Part shown: one piece after another, positions 40,612-52,851 of the stretch
Position numbering within the stretch: position 1 is the first letter of the stretch
How the letters are laid out: the number at the start of each line of letters is the position of its first letter
Assembly: GCA_001179505.1 (NCBI GenBank)
Contig: CDMY01000393.1
Location: 24,592 to 88,591 of the forward strand
Direction: 5' to 3'
DNA: 64,000 nucleotides
Source of the DNA: Vitrella brassicaformis CCMP3155
Taxonomy: Eukaryota; Protista; Chromerida
The notes under the pieces: generated by a model
The model's database searches: none
What the model was told of the DNA's origin: nothing
What the model saw: only the letters and a program-made list of their open reading frames with translations
Program-made: the position numbers and the translations under genes

Positions 40612-43600
40612 ATGATGGACGAGGCGGAGCTGGATGAGTTCGGGTACGAGATCGGCGACGAGGGTCGTCTGGGGAAGCTCAAGAAGGACCTGTGGTTCAG
40701 TATCGATGGGATCGGGCAGTCGGTGGTCAACAAGGAGGGCAAGACGACCAAGGACCGCGACTTTGTGGTGGGCCTGACGAGCAAGGGCGAGCAGCTGGAC
40801 CCCAAGGAGGTGGAGAACTGCCTCAAGGACGTCCTCCGCTTCCTCAAACGAGATGACGACACCGAGATGTGGGTGCACCTCTGGTGCAACAAACTACTGG
40901 TCAGCTCACAATACCGCCACCAGCAGCAGCAGCAGCACACTCCATCCATCCATCCATCCATCTGTCTGTCTGTCTGTCTGCCGGTGTGGTGTGGTGTGTT
41001 TGTGGTCCATCCGTTCAGTTGGTGCGGAATCGTTTGGTGCCGTTGGTGCGCTCCTTGGGTGGCCACGAGGATGACATCAAACTCTTCTACCAGGTGGTGA
41101 GGATCCTGGTGGAGCTCACCGTCTCACCCGAGAGCGGCCACCCCAGAAGGCACGAACTCCTGCAGGCGCTCCGGGTCAGCCGGCGGGTGGGAAGGGAATG
41201 AAAAGACCCATCCACAAGTCCCTCTCTGTACTCACACGGGTGTGGGTGTGGGTGTGGGTTTGGCGTGTGTGCAGGAGACCAAGAGGGAGTTGCTGGATCC
41301 GCGTGTGTTCCGAACGATGAACAAACAGATACTCCACGCCTTCGCCACCCTGGAGAAATCCCCACCAGCGTGAGTACAAACACACCACACCACACAGACG
41401 TACCTCACCTTAAAGGCAGGATGTATCGTGTTCTGTCGTTGGTGTGTCTGTTGTCATATTGGTCCATCCATCCATCCATCCATCAGTGACGATGCCGACC
41501 AGCAGCCCTCCCCCGACCAGCAGCAGCAGGAGCAGCAGGAGCAGGAGCAGCAGCAGCAGCAGCCTCCTGATGCGGCGGCTGACGGGGCAGCAGCTGACGG
41601 CGCCACAACCGAGGAGATCGCAAAGAAAAAGGCGGAGGAGGAGCGGAAGAAACGAGAAATCCAAAAGCAGAAGGCCAAAGCACGAAAGAAGTCAGTGGGC
41701 AGTGGGACCGGCCGCACCGGACTAAGGGGCTAGAATGGCGATGTTTCGGTGTTGTGCGTGTGCTGTAGGCGTGAGCAGGACAACGGGCGTGCCAAGAGCA
41801 TCATCCTTTTCTCGATCGGTCTGCTGCGCAACCTGGGCAAGATCCCTGACCCGATGCCCGTGCAGGGGATCCTCAGCGACATGAACTCCAAGCTCACCAT
41901 TCGGCTGCTGGGGCTGTGGGTCGAGGTGGGTGTGAGAGAGAAGACCACACACACACAAGACCACCGCGCACACGTGTGTGGGGGTGGTCGTGGATGTGTG
42001 TGTTGTGTCTGTCTGTGTGCTACGCTACAGGAGGGTGTGTTGGAGCAACTGCAGGACTTCTTCCTGCAGCGGACGGACAGCGACGAGCAGAAGCTGCGTT
42101 GCTACAACTACGTGTTTTGCGGCGACGACGGCGACCTGCAGGAGAGACTGTACTACCTCCTGCACGAGTTCTACTGCTACGCCCTCACCTCCATCGACGT
42201 ACAGTCCATATTCAACGCACTCGAACAGGCACGCGCAGCCATGCATGCCACACACCACACCGGACACACCCACCAAGACCCTCCCTCTACCCATGCCCAG
42301 TCCAGTGTCCCTCCCTCTTTGTCTGCATGTGTCAGTGGGAGAGGTCCCCATTGTCTGGGAGGAAGGATGGCGACGCCAACAGAGGGAGGGAGCGGGGGCG
42401 CGGTGACAGGTCGGATGCGGCGTCGGTGGCCGCCTCCATCGCGCCCTCCACCGTCCTGCACGCCTCCTCCACCCGCCCACGCTTCAGGAAGCCGCCGCCC
42501 AAGGCACCCGAAATACCCTTTGGCATCAGAATCGCCCACGAGAGTACGTGACCTGTGACGCAGACAGACGAGGGATGCAGGGAGGGAGGGAGGGGGGGAG
42601 GGAGGGGGGNNNNNNNNNNNNNNNNNNNNNNNNNNNNNNNNNNNNNNNNNNNNNNNNNNNNNNNNNNNNNNNNNNNNNNNNNNNNNNNNNNNNNNNNNNN
42701 NNNNNNNNNNNNNNNNNNNNNNNNNNNNNNNNNNNNNNNNNNNNNNNNNNNNNNNNNNNNNNNNNNNNNNNNNNNNNNNNNNNNNNNNNNNNNNNNNNNN
42801 NNNNNNNNNNNNNNNNNNNNNNNNNNNNNNNNNNNNNNNNNNNNNNNNNNNNNNNNNNNNNNNNNNNNNNNNNNNNNNNNNNNNNNNNNNNNNNNNNNNN
42901 NNNNNNNNNGGGCTAAGTGTATGTGTGTGTGGTGGTGTGTGGTGCACCAGGCAAGCAGAAGACGCTGCAGGATGCGATGGAGAAGCAGTTCCAGGAGGAG
43001 CGTGAGAGGGTCAAGCAGACGCGGCCCAAAGACCCCGAGAACCACTACCCTTTCCCACTACCGCCCGGCCAATACCTCAAAGACGACGGTTGGCACCATA
43101 TCCCTCCCCCCCTCCCACACACACACACATACATACACGCCACTCTTCTTCGCGTGTGTGTGCCGTCATGCAGTTGATGAGGGTGAGTTGCGCAAGTGGC
43201 TGGAGGAGGTGTACCCGCAGAGGGTGGAGATGGTGCAGGAGCGGCGGGCGGGCAGCGAGCCGGCCTTTCCCTGGCCCATCCCGCCAGACCAGTACGTCAG
43301 GCGCGACAAGGAGGGCCATCTGCGCGACTGGATGGAGGTCAAGTACAAGGAGACACTCCAGACGAGGCAGATGGACCCTGCGGGCGTGTATCCCGACCCC
43401 GAGCCGCCCAAGAAGCTGCTGCCCGACCTCAATATCAAGCCACAAAAGGAGAGCACCCTGCTGACCGACAAGATCACGTACGTACGTATGTGTGGGTGTG
43501 TGCGGAGGGGATGGAGGGGAGGGGAGGGTGGGGAGAGATGGATGGACGGATGGATGTGTGTGTGGGTGTGTGTGTGTGTTTGATGGTGGGTCAGGCGTCG

Positions 43601-46172
43601 CATTCAGCAGACGTATCGCAGTCGGAAGGCGGAGGACATTCTGTTTGTAGACATGCGCTATCGGAACCCTGTAGATCTGCTCGGTCAGGATGGATCCACA
43701 CACACATACAGAGACGTGCACAGCGGCTTCATGTCTGTCTGTCCGTCTCCCTCTCCCTATTTGCTTCTGTGCAGAGTTCTTCAGCGGCAAGACAGTGAAG
43801 AAGCTTTACGTAACCCTCCCCCCTCACCCCCCCATTCATTCACGCGCACACACTGTTGTGCAGCCACCCGACACCTCTCTCTATGCTATGTGTGCAGGAC
43901 ACGATAGCCCAGTTCATCGAAGCCGAGTACTCACACGTTGCGGGGTTTGTGTTCCGCGAGCTGGACAAGTACAAGGAAATTGTCGACCTGGGCGAGATGA
44001 AGGACATGGATGGACGACACCTGGAGATCACCGTACGTATTCTACACCTCCGCATGCACAGACACATGTGTGTGCGTCATGTCATGTGTGCATGGCATGA
44101 GTGTGTGTGTGTGTGTATGTGTGTATGTGTAGGAGCGCGACGAGGCTCACCTCTTCAACCTGGCCACATTCGTCCTGCAGTTCTTCCGGCTCAACCACCA
44201 GAGAAAGGCCCGCCGGACAGCACAACACAACACAACACACACGACAAACCCTCTGTGTGTGTATGTGTGTGTGTGACTCTGTGTGTCTGGTGTGTGTTTG
44301 TTTGGTTGGGAAGCAGATGGCAGAGCTGCGCAAGAATGACCCCGAGCTGGTTCTGAATCCCAATGACCCGGCGCAGAAGATCGACCTGACGCTGCTGCAG
44401 CAGGCCGCGGACCCGCCATTCTTCACATACACAGTCGCGTGAGGACATCGCCACACACACGCACACACGCATCGTAGGCACCGACCGACACGCATGTGTG
44501 TTTGGGTGTGTGTGTGGTGTACAGTCGTTTGAAGGCGTATGGCTCGCGTGGGAAGCGGTGCACCAGGGTCATGCCCCGACACAACGAGCTGCGCTTCGTA
44601 CTCAGATGCTTCGTCGAACAGGTGGGCGGGTGGGTGGTTTATGCATCTGGCTAGCTGGCTGTCTTTGTGAGTGCCGCGGGGTGTTCATTCAGATTCGTTT
44701 CCTGAAGATGCTCAAAGGCATCGACAGAAGCCCCGCCGTAGTGAGTGGCGTGACGATATGATATGCAGTCAGCCAACCAGTGTGTGCGCGTGTGTGAGCA
44801 CGTCTCCCTGTGTCTCTCTGCCTACGTGTACCAGGTGTACCTGAGGCACATCTTCAAGGAGGCTGCCGTCCATGCGGAGCATGGCTACATCCTACGGTCT
44901 GTCAGAACCTCCTTCTCCTCTAATACACATACATACACACACACACGCACACACACACACTCTGTGTGTCTGTCAGGGAGTTCGTGCCGACCAAGCATCA
45001 CCCCGAGGTGCTCCAACTCGCCCTCCTCGCCGAACACATGCTGCTCGACGTACGCACAAACACACCGACCACATCCGAAACCGTCCTGTGTCTGCTGCCC
45101 CCTCTGTTTATCCGTCCGTCCATCAGATGTTGGAGGAGATCCAGAAGGAGACCGGCGGGCAGAAGATGGAGGTCCACCAGTGGCGCAAGAAGGCATCCAG
45201 CAAGAAGAAGGTCGCTTTCCTCGCCGGCAGCAACGACGACGACGACGAAGACGAGGAGGACCCATACCACCACCAGCAGCACATGGAGGGCGCCCCAAAC
45301 GCGCCACAGCAGGAGGAGGGACAGGCAAACCAGCGGAAGGTGTGTGAGATGGATGGATGGATGGATGTCAGCGTTGTCTTATGTTGTCAGTTTCGCAACG
45401 CCAGTGGCGAGGAGGTGACGATGGTTCGTTGCAAGTAAGAGTGAAAGGAAGGGAGCGTACAATCGCCAGGTCAGCACTTCATATGTGCCCGTCCCGTGTG
45501 TGTGTGTGTATGTGTGTGTGTGTGTAGGTCCAAGTACGTTGGCATGGACGATGCGCTTGCTGAGCTGTGCGACACGCGCATCGTCAACAACCTCTTCCAC
45601 ATGGTAAGTCGGTCGGCTTGGTGTGTGGGTGGGAGGGAGGCCTGCGCGTCTTTGTGTGTACGTAGCACGTGTGTGTGTGTGGTTTCTGTCTATCGACAGG
45701 TGCGTATGTGGAAGCAGCACGACAGCGAGCTGATCGAAGTCATCACCAACCTCATCTCGCGAATCATCAAGGTGAGCGGTCACACACCATAGTGACATGT
45801 GTTGGCTGATTTACTGGTTGGTTGGTCCCTCCGTCCCTTTGTCTTCTGCAGAACAATCCGAACAACATTGTGATGTTCTTCCAGTGCGGCATCTTCCTCA
45901 CCATCCAGCGCCTCATCAACGACCCAAACAGACCGCAACGGGTCAGACAATAATCACCGTACACGCCATGCACACACACGCTTGCGTGACGTTTGTCTGT
46001 CTCTGTCGGTCTGTGTGTGTGTGGGTCAGCTGTCGATAGTGTGTGAGTACATTGTCAAGAGTTTCTTCAAGGTGGCCGAGACCAACCCACTCGTATTCAT
46101 AGAATGCTTCTTCAATAAGGAAAGGCACACCCACACACATGAGCTCTGTGTGTCTATGCCCATCTCTCTCCA

Positions 46173-46207
<35 letters not shown>

Positions 46208-49200
46208 CTGTGTGTATCAGGGTGCGCATGCCGGCCGTGCGTATGACCAGCACATCCGTGACGAGCTCCGCAACATCCGCGAGAACTACGAGCCCTCCAT
46301 ACAAATGTACAGAGACATTGCCAACGAACTCAAACACGTGAGCCTGGCAGGAACGAACCAAACACACACTCACACACACACACACACGACCTCTGTGCCT
46401 ATTGTCAGCCTCGCGGCCCTGGTGGTGGCGGCGATGAGGGTGAGGAGGAGCCTGCTGTCGAGATGGATGTGGAGCGGGATGAAGCGGACCTCGACGCACT
46501 GGCCAAGAAACGTCAAGAGATAGCCAAGAGGAAGAAGGCCGCAAAGGTAGGTAGATTCGTGACAGCAGCTGACAGACAGACACCCACGGGCGTACACGTC
46601 AGGGGTTCATTGAGGCTGATGACCCTGTGCTGCGGAAGCTCTTCGAAGAACGAAAACATGAGATAGAAGGTTCCCCCCCCCCCCCCCCCCCCCCCCNNNN
46701 NNNNNNNNNNNNNNNNNNNNNNNNNNNNNNNNNNNNNNNNNNNNNNNNNNNNNNNNNNNNNNNNNNNNNNNNNNNNNNNNNNNNNNNNNNNNNNNNNNNN
46801 NNNNNNNNNNNNNNNNNNNNNNNNNNNNNNNNNNNNNNNNNNNNNNNNNNNNNNNNNNNNNNNNNNNNNNNNNNNNNNNNNNNNNNNNNNNNNNNNNNNN
46901 NNNNNNNNNNNNNNNNNNNNNNNNNNNNNNNNNNNNNNNNNNNNNNNNNNNNNNNNNNNNNNNNNNNNNNNNNNNNNNNNNNNNNNNNNNNNNNNNCCCC
47001 CCCCCCCCCCCACGCACGACACACACACGATCCGGCCGGAGGGAAGGATGTGATGTCGGTGCATGTCATCCATTCATGCAGAGATGGGCGAGAACCAGTG
47101 GCTGCAGACCATCGCAGACCGATTCCCTGGCAGAAACATCACAGCCAAAAAGGCGAGAGAGAGAATCACATAGGCACGACACCGCACCGATCGAACACAC
47201 ACAACTTCCTCTCCCTCTCGTCTTCTTTCTGTCAGGTGTATGGTCGTTTCGTCAAGTTGGGTCTGCTCAAGAAGAAGAAGGAGCGCAAGAATGACGCACC
47301 CTCCAGCGACGACGACAACGCCAAACGTCTGGCGGGCGAGGACAACGAGGAGGACCCTGACAAGGACCAGGGCTGGCGCAACCCGAAGTGGCGACGGCCG
47401 CTCCTTCAGGGTGTGTACGAGCTCAAGAGACACGCCGCTGACTTCTCCGAAGCGCCCGAGACCGTCATTGAGATCAAGCTGGTCAGCCAGTGGATGGATG
47501 GATGGAGGGAGGGAGGGAGGGAGGGAGGAGAGGAAGAGACAGCAGTGTGGATGAGGTGTGTGGTGTGGTGTGGTGTGTGGTGCTTAGGACAAGGAGCTGA
47601 GTGGGTGGCTGGCCTTTCGTGCCGACCGGCAGAAGGAGATCCACGAGCTGAGGGAGAGGACAAAGGAGGAGGAGAAGAAAGAGCGGCCCAACCAGGAGCT
47701 GATCCAAGTGCTGGACGAGCGCATCGAGGCCCAGATGAAAGACCTCGAGGCCATGTACACATGACAACACACACACACACATGGGTGCATCTAGACGCCT
47801 GTACTTCTGTCTGTCTCTATGTGTGTGCCGTCAAGGCGTGAGTTTCCCATTCAGCTGGACGAGGAGTATCGAGAGGAGTTCCACGCCAGCGCCGACTTCT
47901 GTCTGCTGCTGAGGGCACTCGGCGCCAGGGAGCCCACCGATGACGCTGAGGAAGGAGGAGGTCAGGAAAGAGAGAGACACCTCAACCACCGCAGCAGAGC
48001 AGACCAGAGACATCTTTCTCTCTCTCTCTCTGTCCTTGGTTTGTTGTGTCTGCTCTCCTTGCAGAGAACATCTTCTGGACCTTTCTGAGCGCCCAGCCCG
48101 TATCGGTCGGTACATAGGAAGCCAATACACATGCAGACAGACCCCTGCATTTCCGAATATATGTCTCTCTCTCATCCTTCCTTCAGAACCTCAAAAAGCG
48201 CCTGCAAAAGCTCAAACACTACCTCGAGCTCAGCGAAGAGGTCATGGCACACCGCGACACACACCAACACAAAAGCACATGTGTCCACATCTGCCTCCCT
48301 CTCTCTGTGTTCCCCCCTTCCTCTCCACCCACCGCTCGGCTCAGGACCTCGAGGACCGTCTGCACGGCCGGCGCCGTCGCCAGAGGGACGAGGAAGAGCA
48401 GGAGGGCGACCAGCAGCAGAGGCGCAGCGATGGCGAAGAGGAGGAAGAGGACGACTACGACGGCGAGCAGGACATCTTCAGACGCAGGAGACCCCAGCCA
48501 CGAGACATGCCAGACCCATTCGCCGGTCAGTCGATCATGTATCCGTCTCGATGACGCCTCATGTCACCTCCCGGCTGTGTGTGGCTTCCATCCGTTCAGC
48601 GTATGCCGACCCTCCGGCGGGAGAGGAGCATGCCGAGGGCGATGCGGATGACGAGTCGGATGGGGGCGACGAGGCTGTCCAGGCCTTCAAGCAGCTGCTG
48701 TACAAGACGGTGCTCGAGGTGGACGCCTCCGCTGCTGTGGACAGCGGCATCGACCGGGACCTCATTCGCGACATCTGCGTACGGACAAGAGAAGTGGCAG
48801 ACAGGGGAGAGAATGGAGGGATCATGTGCATGTGACTATGTGTGTCTCGGCGTCAGGATGACATCGACCGCTGGCGTGAGGGTGCCGAGGAGAACCGAGA
48901 GGGCGGCATCGAGTGAGCTGACCATTCACACCACACACGGCCACATACATTGTGCGAGTCGCTCTCCTTGTCTGTTATGTGTGCAGTGTGGAGGATTTCC
49001 GCATTGAGGCTCCCGGCCTTCATGCTGAGGACTGCCTGGGACACCCCCTCGTCGGCCGCATCCTCGAGGCACTCGGAGCGACGGAGCAAGACTCAGGTGA
49101 GTGGGAACATGCGACAAGTCGATGCACGTGCCGTGCTGTACTGCTTATGACATTCAGAGTGGACAATGGACAGGAACACCGATCTCAATGTACGACAGCA

Positions 49201-50625
49201 CTCTACACATCCAAAGACACAGACCGTCACCACCCATGTGTGTGTCTTCTCGCCCATGTCGCAGGAGCTCCGGTCGCGGCTGTCGATCATCAAGAAGGCA
49301 CTCATCCAAGACACAGAGGTATGTACTGAACCCACACGAGTGCCACCCGACCCGCCGCCCATTCATTGATGCACTCATACTTTCTGCAGGTGCTCGAGCG
49401 TCGCGTCAAGGGCCCGCGTGGCGGAGAGGACGAGCGCATGGACGACGATGCCGGCGATGGGGAGGAGGAGGCAGGGCGGGAGGAGCGGCGCAAGAGAAAG
49501 AAGAAAGACAAGAAGAAGAAAGAGAAGGCCAAGAAGAAAAAGGAGAAGAAGAAGGAAAAGAAAAAACGCCACCAGCAGCAAGACCAGCAGGAGGAGGCCT
49601 CTCAGCCAGAGGAGAGGGGTGGCGAGGAGGCTGATGCTGAGGATGACGACATGCCGCTCGAGCAGGAGCAAGAGCAGCAGGAAGAGGAGGACGACTACCG
49701 CCCAGGACAGGACATCTTCAATCGCGGCCGAGCCGACGACAATGAGCGTGAGGCGGCCCACGACGACATCATAGAGGAAGAGGAGGAGCAACCGCCAGCG
49801 GCACCGCCCCCTGCGGAGGCCGACGACATCATCGAAGAGGAGGAAGAGCAGCAGCCTGCCCCATTCCCGCCACCAGCCCCGCCAGCCGTCGATGAGATGC
49901 CCCCGCCCCCTGCTCAGGTGATGGTCGCCCCGCCTGGACCACCGGTGGACGAATCCGCCACAGTGCGTCCGCCAGTGGATGACTCTGCCACGGTGCGTGA
50001 GCGTCAGGACACGACTGGCGAGGAGACGGAAGCGCCCGTGCCTCCCCCTGCTGCCAACCAGCCGGATGAGGCACCTGCAGGGGCGGCGGATGGCGCCGGG
50101 GAACAGATGGAGGATGACATAGACGAGGAAGTGCGACAGATGGAAGAAGGTGGGCTGCCAATGCACACAGATGTGGCCGTGGCCGAGGGTCATGATTGTG
50201 TGTCGTTGGTCAGATCCCGCGGCGGCTGCGTTGTTCGAGGAGGTGCTGGGCGGCGACGATGCCGATTTCGAATCAAGACCCCAAACACAGACCCAACGAG
50301 CGGTGCGCACGCACAACCAACCAACCAACCAGAGACACAATCTCTCCTCTCCAATCGTCACACCACTGCTGTCTTGCCGTGTGTGCCTGTCTGTCGGTCG
50401 GTCGGTCAGAGCCGCAAACGTCGGACTGGCGGCGCCATCCCGTCCAACAAGCGTCCGAGGCGTAGCGCTGCCTCGCCACAGCGGCCCCAGGCCGTGCCGG
50501 AGGTCAAGCTCGAGGCAATGGTGTCACAGATGCTCAAAGAAGAGCCGGATGAGGACGAGGGGGGGCCGGGACCTGCTGCACCACCTGCTGGGGTGGTGAC
50601 CAAGCAGGAGCCACAGGATGACTGA
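40612..50625 (+). CDS. TIMELESS: Timeless/Tof1/Swi1 replication-fork protection protein homologue
   Basis: The N-terminal VENCLKDVLRFLKRDD...LVRNRLVPLV...VVRILVELT, the middle HMLLDMLEE...RKKASSKKK and VKSFFKVAETNPLVFIECFFNK fit Timeless-family motifs. About 30 exons join in frame, and the acidic tail ends KQEPQDD*. Confidence 0.75.
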
Positions 50626-50780
50626 TGACGATTGCGTGATGGGTGTGGAGAACTTAGATTCGTTTGATATCCCGGCCATCTCGCTGGCCGCGGCCCCACT
50701 TCAGTTCGTACATCAGTTTTCGTTTTTCCGTTGTTTGAGCATTCATCGCGTCATCGGCCCATCCCGCACGAACACGCACA

Positions 50781-51700
50781 ATGACGACAGTGACGGAGGC
50801 CGTCCTCGTGTGCCTCCTCTTGTTTGTGGTCCCCCACCACACAGTCGACGCGCAGGAGACAGACGACACCATCAACGTGTCCGCGCTGAACGCCGACTGT
50901 GCCTACGGCAACCATCGTCTCTACTGCACTGCATGGGGCAGGCCCACCTTCCTCCACACCACCGTCATCGAGAGCAAAGGGGCCACCATGTCGTGTGCAA
51001 GCATTGTGGAGCGCGAGGACCGCTGCTATGCGGGGATCAAGGCCGACACCGACCGATGCTGCCTTGTCGAGAGGGCAGAGGAGCGGGAGCTGGGCCGAAC
51101 GGGCATTTGTGGGTGCTCTGGGGACTTCCCCACCAACGCAGACGAGGAGGGGCAGGCGTATGCGTCGTTCCAATCACACTCGCCCAAGAACAGCAAGTGC
51201 CTGTACAGCTGGGCAAAAGACCACTCCCTCCGACCATGCAAGACCGATGACCCCAAACAGCAGTGGAGACTTATATCGGTACGCACATCATGACCATTCC
51301 TCTCCCTCTCTCTCTCCCGGTCTCCCCTCCTGCTTCTGGCTTCCAGATACACGACCGTTTCGACGCTCCTGCCTACAAGATAGTCAGCGGCACGGGCGAG
51401 GGCGCCAAGTGCCTCTACAACGACTTCGGCTCGCCAACCGTCAAGAAGTGTGACAAGAGCAGCGCGTCCCTCTGGCACGTCAGCAGCCTTGTCAGCGAGG
51501 CGGCAGGCACTGTAGTGGGCGGGGCGGGCTTCTACCAGTTCAAGAGCGTGCGGCAGGGGGCGTGCTTGCAGGCGACGTCGGACGACGTCAAGCTGCGGTC
51601 CTGCGACGGGGCCAACCAGAGCCAGTGGTGGATGCTGTTTGAGGTGGAGGGGCCGGAGAAGCCCAAAGGAGAGGCGTCGGAGTTCTTGGGAATCGCTTGA
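50781..51700 (+). CDS. Secreted protein with a Cys-rich N-terminal region and ricin-B-type (beta-trefoil) lectin domain
   Basis: The signal peptide is MTTVTEAVLVCLLLFVVPHHTVDA. Three CL...C...(Q)xW repeats follow: KCLYS..RPCKTDDPKQQW, KCLYN..KKCDKSSASLW and ACLQA..RSCDGANQSQWW. There is one intron (tcg|gtacgc ... ttccag|ata). Confidence 0.75.
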
Positions 51701-51970
51701 TTGCTTCACAGACTGATTGTTTGGTCTATGACCCTTGCTCTTCCCTTACCTTCCTGCCTGCCTGCCTGCCCCGCCCACCTGTCTGCTTGTATGTTTGTTT
51801 GTTGTTTGTGTGGGGACATCGATCGCATTCATTCACATCACATCAATCGAATCGCTGGTTCCTACCCACCCAATGTACATGTGTACACGCAGACATGTTT
51901 GTGTGTCGATCGCTCGCAGCCACACAATAAAGAAAGGGAGACACCACACACGCGCGGACACGCAAGCACG

Positions 51971-52554
51971 ATGACTGCCCGAATGCATTTGCATTTGCTC
52001 GCCTCTGTGCTCATTTGCTGCGTGTGGCTGGTTGCTGGTCACCAAGAGAGTGTGCCTTACCTCGTCCACGTAAGCAAGAGAGACGAAGAGACAAGCAAGA
52101 CATTAATGTCACTGCGTGTTCACAGGTACGGCGGCCCTTCCAGTCTGCTGTGGATCAGGCTCCTCCCATGTCAGTGCGCAATGCCGTCGTCGATGTGTCG
52201 GCCGAGGGACAGGGACGGCCCGGACTCCTCACACAGACCAAGCGAAGGTAGGTCTCTCCTCCCTTTCTTCTCAAGCCTGATCAATGTGTGCTTTTGTTTT
52301 TCTTAGCTACAATGATGTCGTGAACGACCTCGCTGGACTCGGTGCGGTGATCGATGAGGAATTGAGCGACTTCAACGATGAGTCTGCCCGGGAGGCAGGG
52401 GCCAAGAGGCTGAGGCGGGAATCCATGAAGCAATCGTATCAAGGTGAGCGTGACTCATGACTGCCGTGTCTCTTCTCTTAAACTTTGTTTCCTTTGTTTC
52501 TCTGTTGATGTGCTAGAGCGCAAGCGACTGATGCAACTAGAGGGTGAGGAATGA
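51971..52554 (+). CDS. Small secreted protein (about 130 aa), 4 exons
   Basis: The hydrophobic N-terminus is MHLHLLASVLICCVWLVAG. In-frame exons VRRPFQSAVDQ...TKRS / YNDVVNDLAGLG...KQSYQ / ERKRLMQLEGEE* are joined by GT-AG introns. Confidence 0.6.
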
Positions 52555-52851
52555 ATGAACCGATTGACAGAGCGCATTTCTGGCCGAATGACCACAATAG
52601 ACTGACAACAGACACACAGCTCCCGCGAACGTTCCTCTTTGACTGAAGATAACGATTTCGATCGGGTCCTCGATGAAATGAAAGCTCTCGACCACCAACG
52701 CAATCAACGCAGCCAGTCCATCCATCCATCCATCCACCCAATCATGCAGACTTCAACTTATCCACTCGGTCAGTCAGTGCACTCACTCACTCACTCACTC
52801 ACTCAGCCGCCCGGCCACTCCACTCCACTCCATTCTCTTCAACCTGCACTA

